Assembly: GCF_008831285.2 (NCBI RefSeq)
Contig: NC_045138.2
Span: 15,376,001 to 15,440,000, forward strand
Origin: Nymphaea colorata
Lineage: Eukaryota
Length of the DNA: 64,000 nucleotides
Direction of reading: 5' to 3'
Positions within the stretch are counted from its first letter, which is position 1. Each line of letters starts with the position of its first letter. The notes below the pieces were generated by a model. It searched no databases and had not been told where the DNA came from. It saw only the letters and a program-made list of their open reading frames with translations. The position numbers and the translations under genes were made by a program. Positions 25,072 to 38,439 of this stretch are shown here, piece after piece.

Positions 25072-27510
25072 ATGGCGGAACACCGTGGAGTCGGTCCCCT
25101 TCAGCGGCAGCAGACCGGGCCCATTGCGCAGCCTCTCAAGAGGCACTTTCCTTTCTCGTCTTCGAAGCCACCATTTGCAGGGCTGAACGATTACCACCGG
25201 TTCCCTGACGGTAGTCGCAAGGGAGTTGCAGAAGAGGAGGAGGCTGATGCGATCATCGTGAGGACCCCGGTAATTGGTGAATCTGTAAAATGGGTTGTTT
25301 TTGGGTTTTTTCCCTTTTTTTTTTTCCTTGGTCGTGCCGATTCTCTGTTGACTGAAGGCATCCGAGTTCAGATATCTACTTGTTCCCCAGGCTGGACTAG
25401 GTTTGGTGGAGACTATCTTGATACGAATGGCTATGATAGTTGTGTGTCCAGCAGCTTAGATGGTAGCCGCGTATGTAGAACTTACGCACGTATACATTTT
25501 TCATTGCTTGTGTAGTTATTGAATTAATGGCACTTCACGAACGAAGTCCATGAACATGATCTTCTCAGATTACTAGGTAATTAGGAGGTAGAAGAATTAA
25601 GAAGTAAGGATGAAAATAGAGATAGGCTCACATTTGAGCAGGAAGCTTATTGCAGCATTTTTATCTCTTTCGCCGCGCAATGTCTAGGGAGAAAAAAATA
25701 GGAAAAAGATAAACAAAAATAAAAAAAATTAAACTTTACTGGTTCAGGTTCAATAAATTAATTAAAAGGTAGCATTGCCGTAGTCAGGAGTTAACTATCT
25801 TTAGGTGAAAACATAGATACTGAGACAGCCATCAGAGCTATTTCTCAAAAATGTTAGCCTTTATATTCCATTTGAAATATGAAGTGGTTATACCTAGCTA
25901 CATTATGAATAAAATCACCTGAGATAATTTCTATCCTTTGATTTTGTATGTTTGATAACTTTATTGATTCTAGCAGCTCAAACGGAAAGCTCAAGTGGAA
26001 GAACATGAAGCGGAATCTAGTGATTACACAACTGGTCAAGGTTACTCTGCGGTCAACAGTCCCATGCACACACCTGTATCAGGAAAGGGTGGAAAGATTC
26101 ATGTTAGGGGAAAGGTCTCCAAGAATTTGAGATTCGGGCCACAGACCCCAATATCTCCAGATGCTGGTGAATCAGACCGACATTCTCATTCTACCCGATG
26201 CTTTTTTTTTTTTTTTATCAAAATTAAGAATTATAATGTGTCATTGATGAGGAGCCTTCCTCCATTTCTTGTAGGATCACCATCTACCAGTGGACTAACA
26301 CCTGTGGGGACATGCCGTTATGATAGCTCTTTAGGTAATCGAAGAGGCAAAGGCTGAAAATTGTGTAAAAAATTATCTCTTGGTATTCTCCTGGTTTAGA
26401 TGCCTCATTGCTTGTAGGTCTTCTAACGAAGAAGTTCATCAATTTGATAAAGCAAGCTGGAGATGGTGTCCTAGATCTTAATAAGGCAGCAGATACCTTG
26501 GAGGTAACCAAGACTAACTGTGACTTCTCATCTGCTTACGGAAAGGTACTCAACCGACATTTATTCCTGATGTACAGGTTCAGAAAAGGCGGATATATGA
26601 CATCACGAATGTGCTAGAGGGAATAGGACTCATAGAGAAGAAACTAAAGAACAAAATATGTTGGAAGTAATAAGTCTTTCATTTTTATTTTAAAACTTAT
26701 TCTGTCTTCCCATATTTCCTTATTTCTCACCATAAAAGAATGTCAGCTTACTTCATAACAATACGCAGGGGTTTTGACGGTTCCAGGCCTGGGGATGTTG
26801 ACAGCGACATTACATTTTTACAGGTTTGAGGAGTTTTCCAAGTCATTGTTTATTTACTCGACACCTGTCAACTGAGTTTGTTTTGAACCACCAGCCTATA
26901 GAAATGCAGATGAAAGGTAGAGGTGTGGATAGCATTGCGGCATGTTGTCCTCCCCTGAAATGCCTTACCAATTATTAGTGACTTACAGTGCAGGCAGCGA
27001 AAGTTTAGTAACAAACGAAGAGTGGCCTTCGAGGCAAGAAGACCAATGCAGGAACAGGACAACCCCAAACGCAAAATTATAGCCTTTGGGTCAAAAGTGA
27101 TGTTTCACTTGATTTGTGCATGTCCTGTATGCTTTTGACAATAAAGCGCCTCATGCATGCCAAAGCAATAGTACTGTGCTTGGTGGAGACCAAGTCTTTG
27201 GTCTTTTAGTTCTGCCATTGAAGTGGTTCAGATTTGAGACCTGATTTCCTTTTTTTCCGAATGGCTGACATGTTTAAAGGCATGAGGTCAGATGAAAATG
27301 TTTTGATTCATTACATTGTTATTGTGATTTAGGCGGATTTGGAAAATCTTGCCGTTGAGGAGCGTAGGCTAGATGACCGCATAAGGTTTGATCAATTGCT
27401 AGCTGCTTGGATTTATGCAAGAGAAAGTAAAAAAGGAACTAACACCCTGTTTCTCACAGTGAAATGCAAGACAGATTGAGAGAACTAAGTGGAGATGAAA
27501 ACAACAAAAA

Positions 27511-27545
<35 letters not shown>

Positions 27546-29007
27546 ACACAATGCACACTCAGAGGGGATTTAAATTTTCTTCTCCTAAATTTTGTCAATC
27601 ATTTTTTTTTCCCAATGTTAATCGTCTCACCTGTCAGGCTGCTTTATGTCACCGAGGAAGACATAATGGGACTTTCCTGCTTTCAGGTAATGATATTCAT
27701 CTCTTGCCCCATAACTTGAACATCCCTCTTTCTTCAAAATTTCAGAGACTGGATAGCGTTGCAGCTTTTGAGTTGCTTTTACCATATTTTTCTTTTTATA
27801 GAAGGGCACTCTGATTGCAATTAAAGCACCTCATGGCACAACACTGGAGGTTCCGGACCCTGATGAGGTGGGTAGGAGTTAGGACCATTAAAGATGATAA
27901 GGCAAGATGGCTCAGATCAATATTCGTTCGCACTAAGCTACTATTATTCATTTCCATTAAGTTTGTTTGCAGGCTGTTGATTATCCTCAGAGAAGATACA
28001 GAATGGTCCTTAGGAGTACCATGGGACCAATCGATGTTTTCCTTGTAAAGTAAAGCATTTTTTCTGTCTCCTGCATATTTCTAATAGCAGATTTGAATAA
28101 CTCTGACTAAAAACTACTGTAATGTTGTTCTTAGTGGTTATGTGAAGTTTGAGGAGGTGGATGGTGTTGTTGAGCAGCAGGCGCTACCACCTTTAAGTGC
28201 TCCAAAGGCAGTTTCTACTGTCCGTCAACCACAGATGTCAACAAAACCAGACATGGAAACAGATGTGATAATTAAGCGCCAAAACTTGCAAACGACTTTT
28301 CCTGAGACGAATAGCACACAGGATCCTGGGGGTATCATGAAGATCGTCCCCTCAGATATTGATGTAAGTTAGTTTCCTTGAAGCCAATATGGAGCGTGGA
28401 GGATACATAGAAGTATGATGTATATGTTTTGAAGAAGCATTTCATTTGAATATTAGAGCACATGCATTTACAACTTACAACTTGATACCAAATAAAATGC
28501 TTACTGCTAATGGTACCCATTTATGTAAACAAATGCACCCCTGAAAAATGTCTTTTTTTAACTTTACGAATCCCACTCGTTCACTTCGGAATGTTCAGCA
28601 TAGTATACTTGTTTAAGGCCTTCATTGAGGACCTCATTTTCACTTTGTAGAGTGAAGACTATTGGCTGCACATGGATCCAGGTGTAAGCATCACAGATAT
28701 GTGGAAGACAGATTGTATCCTTTTATGTCCGTCTGTTAATATTTACTATTGTTTTCAATGATTTCCAATTCCTTCCGATCGCAGATATACATACCTGTTT
28801 GCTATTTGTATCACTGATTTCCTTTTTATGCCATATCTGTTATTGTTTTACTTCACTCGTTACCCAGCTGAAATTTGGGATGAGATGGATAGCTTGCAAG
28901 CAGACGGATTTGGAATCGACAATGTCAGTTCACCCCGGCAGCTTCTATCTTCTAATTTTATTGAAGAGCCACATAGCTCGCACATCCCTACCCCAACTAG
29001 AAGATGA
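25072..29007 (+). CDS. E2F: E2F transcription factor (E2Fa/E2Fb activator type), 468 aa. Exons: 25072-25269, 25977-26166, 26275-26334, 26418-26503, 26578-26666, 26769-26823, 27333-27385, 27460-27510, 27638-27686, 27802-27867, 27973-28049, 28135-28363, 28651-28714, 28868-29007
   Basis: DNA-binding domain [14 protein letters not shown]...[21 protein letters not shown]; marked box [20 protein letters not shown]...[13 protein letters not shown]-binding DYWL...SITDMW. The 1407-nt spliced frame is open. Confidence 0.95.
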
Positions 29008-29466
29008 AGATAAAGGCACAAATTGATCCGGAAAGGTTGGCATCTCTTTGATTTATCTTGGATTATCCAACTTAATTTTAAACACAAATGGGTGTAACGA
29101 AGGAACCACCTATGCTGCTTGTGATTTGGACAGGATTTGCTCGACAGCATTCAACCGCTCTTCATGTCTTCTTCTCGTGGTGTGATGCGGAATTTTAGAC
29201 GAATGAGATTCGATTACTAATGCAGCAGAGAGTGGTGCCTTTTGGAGTTGACTAACGAGAGTCCAATATGAGTTACTTGAAGACATCACAAGTTTAAAGT
29301 CCTTGGTTCATTCACTTGCTTAGACTGATTTCCAGTTGGGCTTCTTGATAACAAGAAGCATGAATTAGATAGAATGAACACGAATATGCGAAGCTGAGAT
29401 GCTTATGGGAAAAGATATCAAGGTGTACAAAACAAGATGAAGTGCAGAGGAGTTGCATACAAGTAC

Positions 29467-30631
29467 TTATTGCTTCTCTTCTCCCTTTGCGTTCTTTCCT
29501 ATCCAACCCGCAACAATGGGAGTAAGGGCTACTGTTGGCGGAAACCTGATAGGAGATGCAGCCTTGTGTGCAGCATATGCAAGTGCAAAAGTACCAACTT
29601 TTTCTCCAGTCTCGCCCGCTGATATTCCAACCTGCACAGGAAGTTATTCTTTTTCATGATGTTTATCTTGTCTAGGAGCAACATTGCTGCACTATGGGTT
29701 TCATATGCAATGAAGGTGTCCATACATCATATATGTAATATCTATCTGATGTTTATTGTATCTCATACCTTCTGCAGCAATGCTTGTACATCAATACCGG
29801 CACTCACAAGCACGTAACAGAGTCCGAAAGACACTAAGGAGAGAGAGATTGATGTTGCTAAGTATGCTCCTCCATATTTTGCTAACAGCTCTTTAGCCTC
29901 ATCTGTCTTAGATTTCTTGCTATTTCCTTCTTCATTCTTGTCTTTAGAGCTAAATATCTAAAGGAAAGAAAAGGGAAAAATAAATCAGGCCCAGTAGGTC
30001 GCATCGTTAGAAGCTCAAGTTTGGAAAATAAGAAGGGTGGAGAACATTGCATCGGAAGAAGTGTGGAGAATTTGGAAGCAAGGAGGAACCGATCAGGGGG
30101 AAACGTGAAAATAGGAAAGGAACAAAAAAGTAGTTATTCTTCCAACATTCGGCTGGCCAAGTGTTTGCAAAATCTACCCAACTTCATGAATTCCCTTGTC
30201 TGTCGCTCGTTTTTGCAATTGGAAAAAATAAAATTGAAAAGACATCGTGAAGTTGGTTTCCGCTTGGCATATTCGACTTACCGGTGAAAACACACTCTCT
30301 TCATGTACTAATCTTCAACTAGAGGCTATTTAAGCTGTGTCCATACCTTCCAGAGGCCAGCTTCGAGGCCGTACTTTTGGGTGACCTCCTCTGCGGTGCT
30401 ATCCGTCTCTTTGGTATCCTGAAGAGCCCGGCACCTCAACAGCCTCCTTCCCTGAGCCTTCCTCCTCCTTGACGTTCTGTGAATGGCATATGACGGAGAC
30501 GGCAATGAAGCAGTAGAAGAAAATTGAGGAAGGCTGGTCGAGTGAGAACGATAAGTTTGATGGGCATGCAGAGAGGGGGAGCCATGGCATTCGAGAAATG
30601 AAGCAGACAGAACCCTGGTGCAGGAAGCCAT
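29467..30631 (-). CDS. Probable plastid-targeted DUF1279/FAM210-like membrane protein, 212 aa. Exons: 30631-30347, 29957-29769, 29631-29467
   Basis: Ser/Arg-rich transit peptide, then AKELLAKYGGAYLATSISLSLVSFGLCYVLVSAGIDV and GTFALAYAAHKAASPIRFPPTVALTP, typical of DUF1279. GT-AG introns; 639-nt open frame. Confidence 0.88.
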
Positions 30632-33600
30632 GGCCAGAGAGAGAGAGAGGGAGAGAGAGAGAGAGAGGGTTTTAGTGATTTAGTTACGATGCATCTTTTC
30701 CGTTCATTGGAGTGTCTGTTAGTAGGAAAGCTGATGGCGAAGAGAAGGGATACTTGGCGGAAAATCCACCGAGGGCACAAAGGATCGAAGAAAGGGGGGG
30801 ATTATTCTCCCGATGGGTATCGCTTGCATGCGCCTCCCTTTCATATAAGTTTGATGAGGCACTGTCTCATCCACGCTCATAAGCATTAAATATATTAAAA
30901 AACAATTGACACCTGAGACGGGGCAGGGCACCCCTGGATCGGCCACAAAAGCAAATCGGTTTGCACCAACTGCTACTGTTACCAGACGGGTCGCAGAAAC
31001 AAGCACAAAAATCCACATAGCGGGAAAGCGCATCTGCTCCAATACTAATTCATTCTGAAGGCCACCTCCTAACAAGGATCGATCCAATAAAAGGAATATG
31101 CAAACAAACATTAAGTATACAGTGTCTGTTAGTAAACATTTTGAAAAATATAGTTGGGCTCCTGTTGAAGATATGGTTTGGTCTGTTTAAAAGAAAATTT
31201 TTATCTCCGCCTCTGGTTTGCTACAGCTTTTATATCAAAGGCAAGTATCTGAAAGAGCAAATTGGAGATCTCCCCACCGATTGATGGTAGACCCTCAACC
31301 TAACTTTTTTTTTTTTTTGAAAATATATATCACAAAAAATGAATCCCGCACGGGGATATGAACATTTACTAAGAAATCCTAAAACAAACTCACCATAATT
31401 AGAGATCAGTAGGCGGCCTATCACTTTCCATCCACATGGGCTCACTATATTTGTTTGTGTTTGGCAGAAGTAACAGTATGTTAAAACTCCCGGCATCATG
31501 TATAGAACAATAGCAGATACGTAAAATAGTAACATAATATAAATGAAAGGATATTGACAAAGTAACAGATACATAACAGAATGTTAAAACTCCCTTTCCA
31601 AATAAACGCTGAATTATTGAGGGATCCCACCCTGCCGTCCATGTCATATCTCATGGTTCGACAATCATATAAAATATATAAACAAAATAAACGGGAAGAG
31701 AAAAAGCAATGGAAGGCGCATCCACTTCCGGAAAATGCCAATAGAGTGTCCAACGAACAACACATTTCTTTAAAAAGATTTTTTTTTTTTTTTTTTTTGA
31801 AGAAAATGAGGCGTATGTGTGACACGCTATACCAGCACCACCACTACATTTATCAATCACATTATTAAAATACTAAACTTGGTTTAAAACATTGAATTGA
31901 TAATAACAGAATTATTAATTCTTTTCCAGAAAAACCAAAAGGGCAATCTAATTCCGGGACATGTTGCCGATGGAGAATGAGACAAAGGCCTGGCTGCTCC
32001 TTTTTTTCCGGGTAGTCGGCGCCACCAGCTAAAAGCTCATGGACGCCGGGAACCTGACGCCGAGGATGACAACGGGTCAGTAACATCCCATTGCCGAACC
32101 GAAAACCGACCATTTTAGTCGGATCTGGAACAAAATATGGATACCAATGCTAATCGAACTTTGTCTCGAATATCTGATTTTGAATTCAAATCGAATCGGA
32201 TTTGGGTTCAAGTTTAAAAATTCAGGTCCTAATCTGAATCAAAATTTGGTAGTATTCAGGGGTGGAGTTCAATTTTTTCTTTTATGAAACATTAAATATA
32301 TAGTTAACATTTTCGATTGAACTCGAGTCAATGACCATGGGGCTGACCCATATAACTGGACCTAGGTATATCCAAATCCAACTATTGAAAATAAGAATTT
32401 AGAGTTGACTCCCTACGAAGACCCTACTTATCTTAGATCCAGCTTACACCCAACGGTTTGGATCACTGGCCACAAAATCATGGGACCTCGTTTCTCTCCC
32501 TGCAAAATCCCGTAGGAAAAGGACACCCATCAAATAGGAAATCATGTGTTACGCATGAAAAAGTCCTTTCCCCACAAATTGTTCCATTATGTGGGTAAAC
32601 TTTTTCCTACCGTGAAAGGTTTGACGCCGAGGATCATAGCATAGTTGGTTGGTCTGAGGAACGCGCAGTTGATGCATTTTAGTTTGATTTCTATGGGTGG
32701 TACTTTTTTACACGCCAAAAGTATTGAAAAGTGTACCATAAACCATTCATGTCCAAAAGCAATCAAAGACTAGGGAGTAAGAGAAAGAGGGAGGATGTCT
32801 CTCAACTCTTGCTTTTTGTCCCTAAGTGAGACTTGATTTTCCTACCTTGTTTTCTTACCTGGAATAACGATAACGATAACGATAACTACGTGGAAAGGCC
32901 ACTCACTTTTTCATGTAATAATCCAAATCAGTCTCCAAGCTGAAATTGGAAAAGTATGTCAAGACCCTTGTTGAGAATGTGTTCACATGAGAGAAAGTGA
33001 GAGGGGGTTCAATCTTCTTCGTACAACTTTCGGGAAAGTTATAAGCAAAATTCTAGAAAAATCTTTTCTAGCTTTCTTTTTTAAGATTAAGATTCTGAGG
33101 CTGATTCCAAATCCTTAATTAGATCCTAAGTTCTTTACCAGATCTTACTAAATAAATTCAAAATCGAATAGATAGTTTAACATGTTCAATATATTTTCAT
33201 TGCTAGAGTAATGTTCTTCCGCCAAATTTTCATCCTATTTCCTGTGTTTTATAGTTTAAAAACTAAAAACATTTTAAACTAAAAAAAAAAAAACATTTTT
33301 CTACGTCCAGACGAATTGCCAACTCATTCCATCTAATTTGTAACTTAAAAAGATTTTGCTTTCTGAACGACAATGTGGGCCTTCCTAACTAGTGGATTCT
33401 TTCTCCTTTCCTTCGCTTTCCCGGGAAATAAGGATCCCTCAGCAAACGGCCATTTTTCTTAAGAAAGAACATTTTGCTTGGAATAGAGGGAGAGATTCAA
33501 GATTTCTATTTTCTCAGGTTTCATTTTGCGCACTTAGTCCCTGAGTTATACGCAATTGACACATTCGTTCCTCAATTATTCAGCATTTTTACTTTTCAGT

Positions 33601-34866
33601 AAATAAATCTTTTTGTGAACCATTTGCAGCGGGCTCTATTATGTGCTGAAGAACAGGCATTTTATTAGGCATGGTGGATTTTTTGTTTGATGAAATATGA
33701 CTTCAGTGTGAATCACAGCAAAGGCCGTGCACATAAGATCCTTCACATTCAAATATACTTTAAACAATTTAGCTGAGATTGTTCTTGTTTCACCATGGAT
33801 CCGTGATATAAGTTCACTAGGATCTCAAATCCACGGATTTAACCTTAAATCCCTGGTTTTTAACATGTAAAGTGGATTTAAGATCTGAGGCTAACAAAAA
33901 CAACCTGAGTGCGGATTTCATATCAACTTCTGACCTTCTCCAACATACCCATAAACAAAAAGTGGAGAAGAATTTGTTAATGGAAATGTGATGCGAATGA
34001 ATTTGTCAATTGCATAAACTTAAAGCAAAACCCTTTTTGTTTTTCGAAAGAAACATTTTCTTGACAGTCTATTCACTTTAGAAAATTCAAATTGTTTTTA
34101 GTGGCATAGGATCAAAGTCTTAGCATCGAATCGAAGCCTCAGATCTCGTAGCCTATGACATCTCAATCATCTAGGGACCATGCAATTTTTTGTTCGGAGA
34201 CACGTGATGAATCAAAGTCCATAGATTACAAAAGTTGATGAGACATCACAAATTTAAGACCTATCACCACTCCATCAAACTAGCAACATCGAAACCATAT
34301 GCACTTTTCCCTGTTCTTTTCGACAAATAATTCCAATCAGTTTCATAGAAATCAGCTCAACCAATCAGTCTTGTTAACTTCAAAGAATGTGAAGTTCATA
34401 TCATATATACAAATTTTCGTTCGTTATTCTTCTTATTGTGAAAAGAAGGGAAGAAATACCTTTTTTTTTTTCCTCACCCGAGCTTGGCTGATCTTAGGGA
34501 AGAGATAATGGAGAAATAAGAAAAGCAGGCTCTTATTTAGCGTTGGTCAGCCAAACGCTGGATGTGTATCGGGAATTTCGTAAAAATCTGGGACTCGTTC
34601 TTTAGATTATGCACAAATGCTTGCGCCTTGAACAAAATTTGGCATAAACATTTATATCGGGACAGTTTCCCGATTACGGTCCACCCCCTTTCTCTCTCTC
34701 ACTCGATCTCGCGATCGTCAAACATGGGACGGCAGATTCCCCCAATTCACAACTGAAAGAGTCGAAGAGCAGTCAATCTTCATCGGATCCCGGCGAATTT
34801 CCGGCTATCTCCCACATAGCTCCCTACCAGGTACGGGAAACCCGTCTTACTCTCTCATCTTTGACG

Positions 34867-35400
34867 ATGGTAGCTGTAAAGGTCGGGCCTCTGGCGCCTC
34901 TCCAACGGCGGAACACCATAACGGCGGTGGACTCTCGCGACACCAGCATTCCGATCCGGCCGCAAAGCTCGAGCTTCTTCGTCAATGATAGCCGGAACGG
35001 CTGCCACACGGAGCTCGCCGATTGGAGCCTCATCTCCATCGCCCCTTCCTCGTACACGAGTCTGAAGGACCTCCTCCAAACGGCACCCTATGGAACCCAA
35101 TCGCCGGTGGCCGGAGACCGGTGCAGCTGCTGCTGTGTCACCAACGGCGACGGCCGCGAGATCCCCATCCGCAACCGGCTTGTGAAGCAGGCAGCTTGGG
35201 CGTACCTCCAGCCGATGGCCGTCTCTCCGAGCAACTCCGACCGAAACCTTTTCCAGCAGCTCTGGTCGAGGTTCTCTGCCCGCTACCTCGAGGTTCCTCC
35301 AACTTCGTGCTTCGGCTTTCTTAAGGAGTGGTTCTCCGCTTGGCTCGCCCCGGCGCTCCATCGCCTCCTTGGGATCCTCTGGTTCCAGACTGCCCGATAA
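34867..35400 (+). CDS. Intronless uncharacterised plant protein, 177 aa
   Basis: GC-rich ORF with motifs SYTSLKDLL and IPIRNRLVKQAAWAYLQPM, which I recognise from a plant-specific family of unknown function. Confidence 0.85.
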   Translation: MVAVKVGPLAPLQRRNTITAVDSRDTSIPIRPQSSSFFVNDSRNGCHTELADWSLISIAPSSYTSLKDLLQTAPYGTQSPVAGDRCSCCCVTNGDGREIPIRNRLVKQAAWAYLQPMAVSPSNSDRNLFQQLWSRFSARYLEVPPTSCFGFLKEWFSAWLAPALHRLLGILWFQTAR

Positions 35401-37299
35401 CGGTTAGTGTCATAACCGCTAGCGGCTTACACAGTTACACTCACTTCTCCGCCTATCTTTTCCAAAAGCTTATTGTTTCATCAAGGGTCTTTGTGATGAT
35501 AATTTGGCAATTGTAATTATTGGTTCTGCAATTAGAGAAGATCTTGTTTGTTTCTGATTGAGTTTCTGATTTTGAGAGAACCCTCAATCGACTAACGTTT
35601 GGGATCTTGTAGACCCTTAATTACAGGCCCTGGTATAAATTGGGGCTGGTAATGAAGGAATCAACTCATGATCTGGTTCAGTTCGATTGATTAAATCTTG
35701 TACAGGAAAGAACTAAGTTACCCTTACCATGATCTCAAAAGCAAGATCAGGGAATAGTTTAGGCTGCAAACTAGTGGGAAAGTGAGTTGGCTCCATTCTT
35801 CAGGCTGCAAATTACTCGGACGGAGACTTAGTCCAGATTCTTCTTGCTGCCTGTTCTCTAGTCTTGTTATGGTAGTTTGTATTTCGGACGTAAGCTTAAC
35901 TTATTGGCATAAAAATCTCGGTGCGTTTAATAAGTTTATAGCTACAGTGCCGGCAGATCAACGTGTCATCACTTTAAGATATAGAATAATTCATATTGTT
36001 TCCTTTCACGCACTTACTACAACATTTATGATCATAACCTGCCTAACCAAATATACCAAATCATAATAATTACTGACTTTATAAATCTACCGGCAACTCT
36101 GATGGTGATTTTATGAGCTTTTATTTTGCTCTGTTCTTGTCTGATGTGAGTATTTAGTCGAAGCTCTCTGCCATAAAATAGTGGCCTTGTGGACTTGTTG
36201 TTGTCCATTAGTCAATTGGATATTAGGAAGTCGAAGGGCATCGTTGTCGCTTTTGTGTAGTTTAAATTTTATGAAAATGTTGTTGTAGTTTCCCAACTTT
36301 AAGAGCATATTTAGAAGTTAGGAGCCCACGAACTGGCCTTAGCAGATGGTTTTTGTTCATACATCATGCTACTAGCTGCATCACCTCATATAATCTCTGC
36401 AAAGCGGCCAAACATGGTGCCAATATGTACGGCACATCCCATAATATACAATAAATATTTGACGTAAAAAATTCCACGTAATAAGCTTATGTACCGATTG
36501 GATTGGATTCTCTTACTTTTTCAGCATACTTGATAGATTGGAAAATTGCCAACTTATAAAGTAGTAATTATTGTTTACCTTTTTCAATAATAATTTTGCT
36601 CATATTCATTTGCAAAATTACTAAAATATAAGCATTGCTAAATATGAGCAATTGTGGGCACTAATTTTAACCATTCAATCAATATGATCAGATGATACCA
36701 AATGGACAGGTGTAAAGTAACTTTTCAAAAAGTTCCATTGTAGTTGGGCTCTTGAAATATAAATATCACCAAATATGATCAGTTATGCACTTTCCTTAAC
36801 CATATGTTCATGGTCGGATGATTTACAAATAGCTTACAATCACCTTTCTGCGTTGAAAGCTACTTCTGTTGGTAGTTTTCAAAATACACATCTACGATGA
36901 TCTAAGCGTTAAAACTATTGGACAGAAGGGTTAATATTCACCGATGTTCATGTTCTAAAAACCCTATAGTAGTCAGCACTTTAAGTCGATTGTTTTTTTT
37001 TGTTTTGAGGCTGGAAGTATTAATCCATCTGATATCATGTAATTAGACAGTTGAAGCCAGAGCATGCAATCGCATTCTTATATTGCAAAAATTCTCCATT
37101 TTTGGGCCGTTGGATTACAATGGGATGAAAATGGAGGATTCATGATAGCGCTCACATTTCTCAATAAGTCTTCCAGGAAATCTGAAGATTAGTAACACAA
37201 CTTCAAGATGCTTTGCTCATTATGTAACACATAGTTATATTCTTACTTGCAGAAAAGAAATTCATATATTTTGAACTTGTAACATCTTCTGCGCTTGGC

Positions 37300-38075
37300 A
37301 ACTTTCGTATAAAGAGTGGGGCAGCCCCTGCTTGGTCAAGCGCAGTTTGCTTTATCATGTGATGTGGTTTCTTATGTGGCAAAGAATTGTCTGCCACTTT
37401 GCCTCGAATTGACTTCTCCATCACTCTGGCCCCTTCCTCTTTGCTCACTACTCAATCATCATATTGTTGAATGTTGTTTAGTAACAATGAGTAGTAGATT
37501 CTTTTCCGGGTTGCTTCATGCACGTTTCCACACAATTTCGTAGTTGTCAATTTCATTTTCTTTCCAAGATTTCTCATATTAAACGTCCTTTGCTTCATTC
37601 TTCAGTAGGGTGCTTCTTCCGTCACTTTGTCTTACTCACTGCAATTACATACTCATTTTAGCAAACATTTCACTAAGTACGGCGGGGCCTTGATCCTGTT
37701 CTGCCCAGTCTTCACTTCTATATCCTTATCTACAAGTCTATACAGAGCAAGATGCAAAGGGTCGGTGCAGTGTTGCTGGCCATGGCTCAACTGTGCTCTA
37801 GTCCCCTGTTGTAAAAAAGCAAATAAAAAGTGTGCAGGGGTTCTGAAACATATGCGTAGGGGCTTTACCAAGCTGTTCTCAAGAATCTGAAATTTGCTTT
37901 CCTAGAGACAGATGTCCAAATTGCGATGAGTTTCTTGTCTGGAGGCTAGTGGATCTCATATACAGAGTTACCAGGCAAGCTTGAGCAAACAGATAAATTT
38001 AGCAGGATATATTGCGAAGAATTCATGCTCAAATATCATGTACCAACTCTCTATGGGTTGGCAACATGGGGTCCT
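37300..38075 (+). mobile_element. Degenerate LINE C-terminal/RNase H-like fragment
   Basis: Broken frames LYHVMWFLMWQRIVCHF (compare W.IW..RN..VF), VGAVL, LYQAVLKNLKFAFLETD and KYHVPTLYGLATWG. Confidence 0.45.
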
Positions 38076-38439
38076 GCAAAGACCTACTAGCAGAAAGAGA
38101 AAATTCTCTGTTATTAAAAGCGTTATAGACCTATCTGACAAGCTGAGAATCGGCCATCTGATCTGGCTTATGATGATTCAACCTTACGCTACTTTTTCTC
38201 TTCAAGGTGGACTACCAGGGATCATGTTTTTACTGAAAGCAATTTCATGTACAGAGATTTCGAAAAGGAAGAGGAAAACAATGGAAAAGAAAAGCACTAT
38301 TTACTTTCAATGAACCTGCCACTAGCTTATTTTTACTTTCGAGTATAGTTTAAGGTGCCCATGGAACTACTAAATTTGTTTAGGATGGCCACAGTTAAGC
38401 TATCATTATAAGATTGGAAATAAGTTCTCCAGTATCGAG

